Assembly: GCA_013115125.1 (NCBI GenBank)
Contig: JABANN010000121.1
Location: 1 to 64,000, forward strand
Length of the DNA: 64,000 bases
Source: Perkinsus olseni
Lineage: Eukaryota
Direction: 5' to 3'
Positions within the stretch are counted from its first letter, which is position 1, and each line of letters starts with the position of its first letter. The notes beneath the pieces are model-generated. The model searched no databases. It was not told where the DNA came from and saw only the letters and a list, made by a program, of their open reading frames with translations. This document shows positions 35,469 to 49,013 of this stretch, in pieces. The position numbers were made by a program, and so were the translations under genes.

Positions 35469-36763
35469 TCCCTTAACAACGGTTTACTTCAGAAGTCCGA
35501 CAGGCTTTCACCTGGACCAGCAACTCCTCCCGGGTGCTGCGCAATCCGCAATAATCAGTCGAAAGAGCACAGATCACAGGCGCACTACAAAAAGCTACAT
35601 ATTCGCTGGATCCTCTACTCAGCCTCGGCGAGAATGCTCCAGGAATTTCCAGTAGTCAGAGGCGACGCGAATCGTGGCTGGTCCGAGAAATGGAGCTGAG
35701 GTGTCCGACTCGGATTCAACAGGCATCGAACGACACTCTCATTCCACCGTTGCTACCGCTCTTGGGACGTGGAGTACCGCCGCTCTTAACAGCCGAATCG
35801 GCTAGAGCTGTCAACTGGTTGATGTCCACCTTTCTAGACTGGATATCCTTCTCCCGCGCCTCGAGAATTCTGAAACACGCCCATCCACAGCTCAGCCGGC
35901 GGCTGCTGAGTGTGTCTAAGAGCCTATCTTTCGAAAAAAGGTTCCAGCCGTAGTGGACCGGAGACCACACATTCTGATACCTTCATAGTTTCACGCGACA
36001 GCAAGCAATGGTAACCGTTCTGCCCACGTGAATCCAAAGCGCTTCGATACTCGACTACCAATATCACTAAGACTCGTTAAAATATTTCCCTCACTACCTC
36101 GCCTCGTCATCATCCTTGCACAGACTATCACTCTGCACAACAGTAGGGTCGAAAGGCGGAGTGACGTCACCACCGTCCACCGCTGTGACCTACCACAAAG
36201 CCCAGGGCTCAAACACGACTGCTTTCCCCCCAGCCCAGCAAACGTCGCAACAAAAGTCCACGTCATCCGTGGGAGACTTCGCTTCTGGCCACTTCTCGTG
36301 CTATGATGGCTGATAGCAGGCATCATTTTGCCCGATCTGGCTCCATAGTGTGGAGTCCATACTTTCCAACACACTTTGATACGAATTTTCCAGTTCTCCA
36401 AGTTTACGGCGAGCGCCACATTCACGCGAGTGTCTATCAACTGCCATAGCTTCTAAGTGCTACCACAATACCATAGTAAAAGTATTCTGATATCGGTTAT
36501 GACCAGTACTAGAAATGCGAGGATTACTACCTCACCCACAACTTCGTTCTCCTCTGCTGCTTTGCCCTCCAGAGCCTTTCCTAGACGTTCGTAACAACCT
36601 CCCTGATACGACACGAGATTACCCATACCGCAAGCGCATGAACAGAATAACTACAAACCACGAGTTCCCATAGTGGAAAAAGATCACACAAGACCCAAAA
36701 GAGCCATTACCCAACGCAACCAGAAGTGTCCAAGAAACGTAGAAATAACCACCTTCTTCACCT

Positions 36764-39700
36764 TCAGCCGGTCTCCGATAACGTGCTCGGCGGGTTGCTC
36801 GTAGCATCGGCCGCCACCGAAGATTCCTCAGGCGATGACGATGGGGCTGTTGGGGATGCAGACCAGCTTTGGTCGAATACGCTGTCCAGTGGCTCGCGGT
36901 CGAGCAGCAATATCGCCTCACAGTGGTAAGTATGAGGGAACATGTCAACCGGAATCTGAGTAGATGATTTGCGAAAAGAGTGGTACTGACTCTTCGACAT
37001 TCACGGACACCGACAAATCATGCAATACAACCCCCGCGCCACTACTGGCGTCACGGGATGGTGACAACAGCTCGCAAACGTGATTTACATATTACAATAA
37101 CTTTCGGCACAAGTATGCCGCTCTCCTCCTTCATTCCCTCCCGGCTCTCTGCTGCTGTGTAATCAGCCTCTGGTCTGCCAAACAAAGGGAGGTGGGTTTC
37201 ACATTTGCACGCATGCACACACCAAGATAGTATCCTTCTCACCTTGTAAGTTGTACAACATCTCTGCTCAGTGTATCCGGATTGCAGGATACGTAGACGA
37301 TCCTCGTGATGAACGCGCACTGCCTCAAGCATCGCAGGACCTGCGCGGGCAGCGGAAACATGACTCAACTTCAGTCACTCAAGGTCGAGTCGGAAAAATC
37401 GTAGCTAGGTAGTCGAAAGACTACTAATGAGAGCTGCACTCCAAGTTATGCAAGAAGAACCAAAGAATGCGACATACGCATAGGAATCAGCGCCCTCGAG
37501 TGCCGATGTCGGCTAGCTTACATTAGGGTGTAGTCCCGATCTAGGCGGGTCTACTATGACCGTCAACTTCTGATCACCCTGTATATCTGAGCATGCTTCC
37601 TTGATGACGTCCTCGATGGTCTCCTCAGCTCTCCCTGCGGACACAGTGGCTGCAATTGGGGGGGGGGGGCGAAAGTACACAGAATTCGTGTAGTATTTCG
37701 ACAAGGATATTGCCAAGCCTGCGCGTCTATTCAACCCGTGACACCAGGATTAATCCCCACGCTCACCAGCAATGAACTTTACTGCGTTTTCCAGCTTATT
37801 AGCTTTAGCCGACGCCTTTGCATCTTCAACTGCATCAGCAACAAGCTCCAGGCCGTAGACTCTAGGCTTACCGTCCGGCTTGGGCCCCAGGATGCTGGCG
37901 AAAACCTAAGAGAAAGATGCAGTAATCTAAAAAGAGGCGCTTGAAGTTCAAGCCTTGAACTGAGGCCCCCCTCGGTGAGGCAAAGAGCACGAACCTAGCC
38001 CGAAATCACGAAACAATCACTCCTAGATCCGATCCCAGCGTCTTCAGGCATAAACTCGTGGGTCCGCGAGCAGCATCAGGCGCTGGGTTAATCAGAGCCA
38101 AGGAAAGCGGAAGCGCACGTAATAATCTATCTCACCTGGGTTATAGTTCCCACTCCGGAGCATACATCAACTACTGCTGCCGGTAGTTTGCTAGAATCCA
38201 AATCCTTCAACGCAGGCATGTCGTCCCCATCTGCAGACCCAGTCAGAGCTAGTCGTACCTATACCAACTCATCAATCCTTGCTGAACGAGATGGAAACCC
38301 AGCAACCACAATGATCGCTCGTCGCGAGCGGATGTGACACCTTCCCGAGACCTACGGCAACAGTATAGAGCTTCTTGCACATGACCACGTTAGTCTGGAA
38401 GAAGGAGGCCGGCTGCAATGGGAACTCGAGGCCCAGCATGTCCATCACCACTCGAGTGTCACCATAAATCTGGCGAAACGAAAGCAGGCATGAAGCGATC
38501 ATTGACTCATTCCGCCCGGACTTCACTACATGATGAAGATCTTCCGTCTTCATGTCGCATGCATCGCTAACTCCGTTGTTGGTCTGCATGAATATCGAGC
38601 TTACCGGTACCTAAGAACCAACCCAAGCGATAAGCAGCCTAGACGATAATGGCACAGAAATTCGGCTAGTCATTTGAGAGGGACTGCGGTTTTATTGCGA
38701 TTGAATACGTGGTAATGATCTCACGGTCACACAGCCAGTTCGAAAACCTAGGCAACACGAGATTTACGAAGACACCGAAACGTCTTTGAATGAAAGTTGC
38801 ATACTCCATATCCCAGGATATACACCCAAGCTCGCACACGACGCAGTCGCTTCAGCACCTCTCCGCTCAACACAACACCGCTTCTCCCGTGCACCCCCTT
38901 TACTACAGGTAGATTCTTATTGCCAGAGCTCTCAGCCCACGCCTTTATAATATCAGTAGCCTTCTCGTATGGCTCACAGCACATAACAACCATGAGCATC
39001 TGGTTGCGCGTGGGTGACCATCTAAGCATGACTGAGCGCCATGTGCCGTTCTCTGAGAGGCAAGACATGAGTGGAAGACTGATCATGCTCAGGGTCGCCC
39101 TAGAAACAGCGCATAGGGCCTTCTTCAATCAAAAAGCAATTCAGTGTCTCAGGACCCCTAGTGTACTACTTTGGTGCCTCGAAAACGGTTTCACTTGATC
39201 GAAGTTATCCAGGACGAGTCTCCGGAGCTCCCCTTCTATCGCCTTCATACACTTAGGTATCTTTAGGCAACGCACGTAGAACAAGACACGCAGGAAGAGT
39301 TCGACCCAGTCAACTCAAATGGGCGCCATACCAACGGGTGTGATACCATGGTAACTTCACTTTAGGGGCTCTGTCTCAAAGGAAGAGCTCTTGTCTTCCG
39401 CGGAAATCACAAAATCATGCGCAGATCCTGATGTTATGCTTGACCATTGGATTGAGGACGCCATCAGTCACTCCAGTACGCAAAAGACTAGAAGTTACAC
39501 TGATTCCCAAGTTGAGATTTCCCACGCTCGATATAGCCTCGGAGACAGCTTCTCGCTACTACATGAGGTAGGGCTCCTCCCGATTCAACCAGTAGCTCAT
39601 GACCTTCGACTCTCCGTACGAAACCAACCTCCGGCTTGGTGCCTGAAGCAATGTGAGGGAATCACGGATGTCCAGGGGGACCCAGCGCCGGTCTTGTTAA

Positions 39701-42481
39701 TGTTGAATTCAGTAGCGCGAAATTCGGTTCGAATTTCGGAAAGCTCACTTTGCCCTCGCAATACAGAGCGAGCGTTGACTAGATGTATGTGCACTCGGCC
39801 TAGTTCCAGAACTCCGCAAGGTATAAACGCGACCACTCTACATTGAGACAGTTCCGTTAATTTACACGCGAACTCACAGGAGTACAGTCTCTGCCTTGGC
39901 GACCATAACCACCGCGAAATGTCACGAAGGCGGTGTTTACTAGGCAGGTTCATATCGACGTATCATTCCGTTTCATACATTGTAGGCATCAGAGAGTACT
40001 GCCCGGCTGGAACCGATATTACATTCAAAATCAGAGTATCCAATTGTGAATTCACACTTATTCCGATAACCTTCTAGATTCGACTCTGGGCTCCCAATGA
40101 TCTCGTGTACCGAGCAACCGGGTTTATTCTTATGAACCTGTCAACAAGCACGAATCAATGTAACCTAAGTGACCTGACTATTGTCTACACTCAAGAATTA
40201 CACTATTCATCACACTACACTAGGGAGGTGCAACAGACTTCACTACTTCCACTTTTCGATGTCCGATCGGATACGATTAGACCGTCAAAGACTGATCTTC
40301 TCTCTCTAATCTTAACGCAACACACTACTGTCAGAACCTTCAATTCCGACCTATGTTCAGCCGAGCGTGACTTGGTTTTGTCCAAGTCCAGCGAGGGCCC
40401 GTTCGAAGCGGTGCCAGTCCGACTCTGGCAATAATCTACTTCTTCCCTGACCCTTTTTATTACCCGGGCCCAGTTAGGGAATGAATACTGCCGCTTATCA
40501 CAATGAGCTTTAACCTGAGCAAAACGAATGTATGAACCTCTTATTTCGGCAAACAGCCCACGATTGCCAACGTCATTTCCGCTTCCCACGAAGCCGAGGA
40601 CCCCATCATGAAACCCATGAATCCGGGCGACGCAGATGAAGAACTCGATGCCTTCTCAAATTTTCATCTCGAGGGTTATCGTGAGACTTAGTTTGCGTTT
40701 TAAAAATTTGAGCCGGTTTCTCCTTTGACCCTCCGCAATTTCTAACGGTTTCCACTATAAACAATGGCGCTATATCTGACAGACGAGAATTCCTTAGCAC
40801 GCTAGAGCCTCTCACGCACATTGGACCTGTCTTCTCGCGCAAGCCTTCGAGCGAATGCTACTGACCTCTCTCGTGAAGTTCCGGGCAGCATGCATGATAA
40901 ACTGTTCTTTCAACCTCAGCTGTTCTGCATAGGAGTATGTAAACAGCGGTGCGCTCTTCTCGATGAGAGTCTCTGAACGCAGATTGCTGTACCGAAGGAC
41001 TCGCTCACACGTTTCGTGGCCTTAGTTGCGAGAAGTATGTCCTAGCACACTGATGATCATGGGCATTTCACGCGACTGGGATTGTCTCGCCGGAATCCAA
41101 TCCACCGTCAACGCTACAACATGCCCTCACTACGAATTTTCGGATCGACAAACGCCGTGTGATGCGCCACAGATAGCTTGCCGGGACTAGCTGATACCCT
41201 TCACGTCGGAAACTCCACGGGCTTGAATTTGAGCTGCGTGCGGAACCGCTGCAGGCATTCACAAGCTCAACTACGACTCCGAACTCCGAGCCACCGCATC
41301 GCACCAGCAGACAAGCGCGACCAATCGACGTTTCAGAACCCAAAGACCCCCGGATCGATCCCCGCATACTATCCTTCTCGTATTTCGCCTTCTCCCGCAT
41401 CTCCTTCAACGTGATATTCTCCATTCTCCTCTGCTTCCGCAGTGCGGCTCTCTCCTCTGTTTCAGACCGTGCCTTCCGGCTTCTCTTATTCCTCTCTCCT
41501 CGATAGAAGTCGTGTACATCCAGCTCGGCCCCCTTGCACTTCAACCCGGCGATCTGAGGTGATAACGTCATCAAGAAGCACCTCGGAACTTTACACTCGG
41601 TCAGACCCGAAAGCACATGCTCTTGTTCCCTGTAACACGCACCCGATCGGGTCATGCATAACACGCGCTATTTCGCGCTGATTTCGCGCCTAGACGCGCT
41701 GATTTCCTATTACATCTTTTTTAAACTGAGCAGTATCTGCAGCGCTCTTGAACTTGACAAACACGTAGCGTGCTTTTCCTGTGGCGGCATCGAGTGTATC
41801 TAAAGCACAGCGAATACAAATTCGTCCGAAGATCATAGAAAATCGTTTCGTTAGCCTTGCGACATTCAGGAAAATCCCCACAAAATGGTCTATGAAAATC
41901 ATTGTCCGTGTAAATTGGCCACGATGGTCCAAATGAACCTCTTCATGTGGCTCATCCCAACGTGCCAGGCGCCGCCACAGATTGAAAGAATATACATTCG
42001 AGTGTCGATGGCCAAACTGGCGATGTTATCACTTAATGAAAGGCTTTTCTAGAAGGAGCTCGTTATCTCGACTTCTACTGTGGATCGCGATTCTTATCAA
42101 TTCAGTATCTCGCCCAGAGTAGCCACAGATGACCGATTATTCCCTGAGGAACCTCTAGGTCCTTCTCGTGCATAAAATAATGGAAGAACGGAAGGAAACT
42201 TGTCCGAGTAGATACGAAACGTCCCCGTTACTACAGTCCACACTGGATTTCACTTCGCTATTGAACCACTCTGTTTTTGCCTTCTCTCCGATGTTGTTGA
42301 ACTTCTTGCAAAAGATCTGCAGTTTCAGAACATCTCCTTTCCGCTCCAATACCTGACGATGGTATCTTCAACTTCAGCGTGTACGATACGAAGCATGTCA
42401 AGTTTTGTCCACCCTGATTACATTCTGTGGTTCAGCAGGGGTTTGAGCCTCTGGAGAAATCGTTGACTGAGGCTCGGACAT
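36764..42481 (-). CDS. TRM2: tRNA (uracil-5-)-methyltransferase TRM2/TRMT2A (many exons)
   Basis: RRM-like RYVFVKFKS, PLFTYSYAEQLRLK, GYRNKCEFTIG, WRSVMLR, PASFFQTN, VVDVCSGVGTI, GLELVADAVEDAK, IVDPPRSGLH, IVYVSCNP, VDMFPHTYHCE. Confidence 0.92.
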
Positions 42482-42637
42482 GAGGAATCTAGCCGCAAAA
42501 CTCTGCTCCACGATTGTAAGGGAAAAAATACGGGTCTTGCTCTCTCGCGTTTCCTTAACGGCCCATTGCGCTCGTGCACATCAGCATCTCATTCAGAACA
42601 CTACCGTACCCTCTCTTACTAGTTGTCGTTTCACCCG

Positions 42638-43754
42638 ATGTCGTCTGATAATAAGAAGACCGCTGAGGAGCCAACCGAGGAGCCCGTCGCTGGTTTTGAC
42701 GAGGCGGATGAGTTTGAGGAGTTCGAGCAAGAAGGTATTACTGTGACTTCTAGTACGTCCTTGTCCCACGCAGAAGCAGATCATGCTCGTTATGTCCTAC
42801 AAGTGAAAGTTGAGGAAGATAGAGCGCTACTGAACTGTAGCTCCGTTTAAGTTCAGCGAGCCATTCGAAAGCCGCTTCGTGTTTCCTACAGTATCATCAA
42901 CTGAGCATCTACCGGAGGAGTGTTCTGCGTCCATGGTGATCATGATAGTACTATCACTTCGCTTCAGACTGGACCATCCGTGGCCACCGAGCATCTACCG
43001 ACCTCAGCGGAGCAGCACCTGATGCTAATCAGTGGGAGACTAAGTGGGATGAAGCTGGCTGGGACGAGGAGGTACTGCTGGGCTAGCAAGGATGCTCAAC
43101 CTTGCGTATGCGCCGTTGATGGAAGCGTGGACGATATCGCAATAACCGCTTCGCTGGAGAGGCTTCATTCTGTGTGTATCCATCAGTCGACTTGCTCACT
43201 CGAGTATAACTTGTAGAAGCAGTGAGTGTCTGATTCCTGGTCTCCCAGAGCCCGGTAACCTCGTCGCGAGGTAATTCCGCACTTCAAAACCTGGCCGCAT
43301 GCTCACAAACGCTCGCGTCGTTCGGTGAGTGTAAATGCAGACATATTGTGAAATAGGGGGAAGTTTCTTCCGCGGTCCTTCCTCCTCTATCGTCGACTGC
43401 TAGTCAATGACTGGGCTGCCCCAGTAATTTTTTGCGTCTTGGATACCCCTGTGTCGTGTACTATGTATGGCATGATACGAGCTCGCGAGCAATAGCGCTT
43501 CACAACTACCAGCGCAAGTGTACGTTTTCTTCGCTGCGGAATCCTGCGAATCACCGTTTCATAGTAGCATCATCGTGAGCTAATAGGGCTCCATTTCTTA
43601 TATGCGCTGTCGTTGTCTAGCATGTAAAGTTCCTTGTAATCTTGCTTTTTGCGGGAGGACCAAAATTCAACAATCTGTCGTTCTTCAGGACCCGGACGAT
43701 TCCTTCCAGCAGAGATTAAAGACTGAAATAGAGAAAGCTAAGGCTCAGAAGTAA
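42638..43754 (+). CDS. SEM1: SEM1/DSS1 proteasome lid subunit (exons 42638-42734, 42968-43071, 43689-43754)
   Basis: Spliced product MSSD...DEADEFEEFEQEDW...QWETKWDEAGWDEEDPDDSFQQRLKTEIEKAKAQK* has the DSS1 signature EFEEF..W..WD..DDF..L..E. Confidence 0.88.
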
Positions 43755-44344
43755 AGACGGATAGAGTTCACTTTTCAACTACTCCAGCATATTTGGTTCG
43801 AGTCTTTTCAATGTCTTGGGTGCACGGCGAATCAGGATGAAGTTACTTGATATATCGGGGGTGTGACGACAGCGATGTTGTTGCAGTTGTGATCACTCGT
43901 GTTGATGGAAGGATCGTACAAGGCCGTAGTGGCCGGTGCCGATGCCTCGCCCGATGCCTCCACAGTGTCAGGATGTGCTACGGGCGCTACGTCTGCCGCT
44001 ACAAGTTGGTCATCGTCCGCTCACTCTTTCGTGGATAGTCACCATGATGAGGTGGGCGGGGTAGTTGCAGCTGGTTGTATCATATGCCGAGGTTTGCTGC
44101 GCAACAAAACTGATTCAACGAGGCGTACGTGAGACATTAGTTTGAGTGACTGGCCGTCCGAAAAAGTATCTGTATACGTTGCCCTTTCGTGCGTCTTGTA
44201 CGATACCGATCACACGAATCAGTCCATACCTGAGCCTTCATAGCACGCTTCATCCGGCGCGCGGGGTAACTTGCTCTGTTCCTTTGACCTCTGCCGCGGA
44301 TTCGCTCTTGTTCTCAGCCAGCGTATAATGACCCAGTTCCTAAG

Positions 44345-46960
44345 ATGCCTAGACCGGCCTATAAGAACCCTATAGTCAGGAAATTAAAGGTAGGACTAAC
44401 TTAATTAGGGACGGGTAATGAACCTTAATTCCAGGCAAGATTAACCTTTTCACCGTTCGTACTACTCCTTAGGGGCTCTCCGTAGTGGTTGTTGTTTGCA
44501 TGTAGCGCGAGTGTGTCCTCCGCTGACCATCGCACAACCGCCTTTCGAAGCTCTGTGTTATCTTGACGCCCGTGGTATGAGCTGGTGTTGATTAGGTATT
44601 TGTTGGGGGGTTGCCGCAAGGTCTACAAGAGAATGATCTGAAAGATTATTTCAATGACTTCGGCGATGCTGTTATCGAGGTTGAAATCAAAATGGACAAG
44701 GTGAGGCACGCTGAACGATTGCCGTGGCTGGGTGGGAGCACGGCTCCCAGGGTGGATTGATGGAATTCTATCGTTCGGACGATCGTGTCGAAGATGTTGC
44801 GTATAAGGCGTCTTCGTTCCATTGTTGAGCTGTGCAGAGGCATTTGCACCAGGACTTGAGTGGAATGCAAATGGTCTTTTGAAGGAATTCTCGTTGCGGC
44901 ATTTCACAGGTCACCGGTCGCTCGCGCGGGTTCGGCTTCGTTACTTTAATGAACGGAGACTCGACCAGACTTTTTAATAACAAACATAGGATCAAGAAGA
45001 AGGACATTGATGTTGATGAAGTACGGATGCGGGAATTGAACCTGCGGCCTTTCGTATGAGCTTTGCCTAGGTTACCGAGACAAAGATTTTCGTTGGTGGC
45101 CTCAATCCAGCTACGGGAGAGCAAGCCGTTATCGATTATTTCTCTAAGTGAGATCTCAGTGACGGCGGGCACTCGCTGTCGACGAATCCATTGCTGGATT
45201 GGTTATCCCTATTAACTTTAAAGCTTGAGACGCAGTCCTATCAAACCTCTGCTGGTGATTGTACCAAGGCTAATATCGGATTCCTACCCGTTGTTTACGC
45301 TGGCTCATCCGTAAACAGGACTACTGTGTGCGAGCGCGTCGAAGATAGTCGGGTATAGCTCTGCTGCCATGTACGAACACCTGGTACCACGGTGCCTGCG
45401 TAGCCGGGAATTCCCAGAGTGTTCAACAGTCGAGGGTTTTGGTTTTCTCATGAAAGTCTGGCTCACGTATCATCGTCGTTCACTTAGGTACGGTGCGATC
45501 GTGAATTGTGAATTAGCCTTCGACCATGCGGGTATGTCCAGAGGCTTTGCCTTTGTTATCTTTGAGGATGCTGAAGCTGTCCATGTATGGAGTTCTAAAG
45601 GCTCAGCGGAGCGATGCATTATTGCGCGTGCTCTATCAGAGAACTCTGGAAGCTTGCCCGACTGGCCACTCAATTGAAGATCGGATGGTCGACGTCAGGA
45701 GAGCTGAACCCCGCAAGAAGCTCCCGGTAATAGTGGTGAAACCTACACCCATGTTCTCCCTTCATTTATCGGCTCTTTCTTCGTCCTGACTATCATCGGG
45801 CCATCACTGGTGCATGAGAATCATCGACGGCTGCGTAGTCGGGTCCAATGCGGATCATCTTACACGTGTCTAGACCCCATCGCGATGCGCTCCCTGAATA
45901 TCTCGCTATGTCTCAGAATGGCCAATCGCTCTCCCAGAACATGTTCGGTGTGCCCGATCTTCGCCAAGGCGGTCCGATTAGGAACGGCTCGCCTCAGCAC
46001 TCTCCGGCTGCTCTCACGTAAGCCACTGAAGTGTTGAACTTGCTGGCTGAGGGCCAACGGTGGTGTGCCCTCACGGTCGACTGACATAATCTTGGGCAAG
46101 TTCGGGGTCAAAATATGTATCTTAGCGTAGCACTACCGGAACTTGCCGAGAAATCTGGAAGTGACCATCATTTGAGAAGCCCGGCCGGTCAAGATCAACC
46201 GTTCAGGGGCACGTTCTTGGCCGTGAATGGTCTCTCTCCGACAAGCACATCCTCTTCGACCACCTGCGGCTCCCCAACAGCTGCATCCTTCATGTTAGAG
46301 GGACGAGATGGGGCACCCGTGCAGAGGTAGGGCTCGAGCGGACTCGTCGATGTAGAACCTCGTGGTGCCAGTTATGACCCTCCATTTGGTGTCGTTGGAC
46401 CTCACTCGGGTTACGGTGGTTACGGAGGACCTAGTAAAGCTGCTTATCGGAAGATCAAATTGGCTGGGCCTCCAGGGTGAGTTGTGGATGGTAGACTTCT
46501 TCCATCATCGATGCGATTGCTAGCATCTCGGGACACCCGTTGTGTCCAGCTCGTATCATTCACAAATTCACTGTGATCATGTCGGAAGGCATCGATCACA
46601 ATATGTTAGGTATGGTTACGAGCACGGGAGTGGATATGGACAGTCCAGCGCAGCAGGAAATGAGTAAGGAGTATTTAGTTCGGCATTGAGGAATGTGAAC
46701 TATACCTTTTACTACGTATAATTTCTACTAACATGAATCTTCATGGCCGCTCGGAATGAGTAGAGTGATATCTCGGAAGGCGATAGCTAGACTCTTTAAC
46801 TTCCCGGTCTCCGTACCTAATACTCGCTTCCATCGGTGAGGTATAGGAGTCGATACTAACCGCTGTCAGGTACATCGGGGCGTGCCGATTCCCTCTTCTC
46901 TCCATGAATGCATCGCCGGTCCGGATGGATGTCTCGACCTTCGCCAGCGCCCCCTACTAG
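44345..46960 (+). CDS. Two-RRM RNA-binding protein (hnRNP A/D / Musashi-like), multi-exon
   Basis: RNP2 VFVGGL and KIFVGGL; RNP1 SRGFGFV and SRGFAFVIF; VDVRRAEP; Gly/Tyr-rich tail. Ends approximate. Confidence 0.85.
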
Positions 46961-48866
46961 CCTCTCCAGGCTACCCGGATCGTTCCGGAATCTTTTGCCG
47001 TCCGATTCACCTCGATTTTTTCAACATTTTCGTGGCTGAATGCGGGCATCTAAATTGACTCATCGTTTCAGTTGTGAAGTTTCGTTATATTGGATGGTGC
47101 AATTGCTTGTGACATTTAAGCCTGTTAGCACTGTCCTATCCCTCAATGTAAAACCGTTTCCCAGATCCGTCGTTTCCGAGTGTCAGAGTAGTCCTCAATT
47201 TTTTCTCCAGCTGAGTAGCAGGCTCCGTGGGTTGCGTGCTTCGGTTAATGACGGAAGGAATGTGATCACGGTCAGGGATCTAGAACCTCTATTCTTTTTC
47301 TCGGGCAGCACCCATTCGACCAGACGAGTAACAGCCAGTATAGCCTATGCTGTATAGGGGTATAGCTGCGGGCTCAGAATTACTGTTTGAGCCCTTGTAA
47401 AACTCAGGAGAGGGTGCTGGAGAATTTCTTTCACACCTGGAGAAGCGAAAAGGAAAAGGGCTGGGTGTGAGAGGAGTTTTTGAGAGCAAGCGTCGTTCGA
47501 AGAGAGCGCAGAGGAAACGGAAACGTGTAATTGGCCAAGTGAGAGAGGTGGCGAGCGAGAGGAACACTATTCGCCAAACGAAGGAAGGGGAGAGTAAAGA
47601 AGGGTATAAATACCGGATGAGGGGCGGACTGGTCGGTGTGACAGAACGAGAAACAGAAGGAAGTTTTCAATGTTGAGAAACTTTTCAGTCCTTTATTTCT
47701 CACGTTGACTCCGGTTGTTTTCGTGGAACTAATTTCCTATGGTCGGGAAGGTATTGAATCGAGTCGCTATGAACCCAACAGTGTGAAGGTTTCGCATCGG
47801 GTATGCTTCCTCAGTGAGAATGAGGAGCTTGTGAGAAGCTGCTTCGCGTTCAACTTGAAGCGTTAAGTAACCCACGTTGTAGACTACAAAGCACAAAGGG
47901 GACTGTTTACAAAGCAGGAGCAGCTCAGTAACTTCGACTACTACAACTTGTCGCCTCGTCAACCTGGTAGCCCACTCGAAGTAGGCCAACCGTTTTTATC
48001 ATACTGGGTTAACACAAAGTCTTTTCGAGGTAACAGAATGCCTCTCTGAGAGAACTGTAGTGAGCCAAAATAGTGAGCGCACCGTTTCGTTACTTGTGGC
48101 CAAAGTGTCATGTAGACCAAAATGCCATCAAAATAACTACTACGATTAAGTAATAAGTTAGTACCTCTGAGGCAGAGGTAATACGAGGAGATCTCTCTGA
48201 CCCTAATGAAGCTGGTGTCGTGCGTGAACGAGCAATCGCTAGGTGCTCATGGAGTAGAATGCTCCAGGATTATCGTTTTACCCCCGACCTCAGTGAACAT
48301 CTTGCTGGGGGAAACAAAGTACAGGTGGTTGAAATCGTCAGCCAACAGCACATTGCCGCAAATACGATTGACATCCTGCTTGAACTTATTCAAGGGTTCA
48401 TAACTAGAGGAGTCGTCGACTCCGAGTCGATGGCATACTCGACGTTGCTGAAATGACTACCACTGGGGGATGTAAGGGTAAGGCCATGCACCGATGCCGT
48501 TTTGGACTCCGCGCATGTCACTGTAATCCCTAAGTCTCCAGATATTGCCGCGTTGAAAACTACAACTTGTAGTCGATCTCGAGATCCACGGAGCTGTGAC
48601 GGAATGATACTTTTGGTAGGTTTCCGAACTCAGGCGTGTTAGTCAACTCATTCAGAACGCAGTCAGGAAGACCGGGGTAGTTGAGGCCAAGTAAGTCACC
48701 ATTGAAGTTTGCTTCTGAATCCGAGCCTTCAGGTCGGCCAGGGCCTTGCTACCGATGAGTTTCTCCACACCAGAAGTAGCCCGTAGCATTCGGCGAGAAC
48801 ATTGATCGCTAGTTGCACGTAGAATAGTCCAGAAGAGGCCAATGAGGAACGTCATGATCGAGACTA

Positions 48867-49013
48867 CACCATTTCCCGTGCAAGTTTGACAAGTGACCAG
48901 GCAAGAATGACAATGTGACAAGCAAGTTTGACAATGAACACGCAAGTCACACCAAGAATGTCAATGTTGAGTCCAAGTTGTCCATGTACTTCCTGCTTGC
49001 ACGGGAAATGGTG
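48867..49013. mobile_element. MITE with perfect terminal inverted repeats and TA target duplication (Tc1/mariner-type)
   Basis: cTA|CACCATTTCCCGTGCAAG (48867-48884) ... CTTGCACGGGAAATGGTG (48996-49013)|TAg; interior has CAAG/TGACA repeats. Confidence 0.85.
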
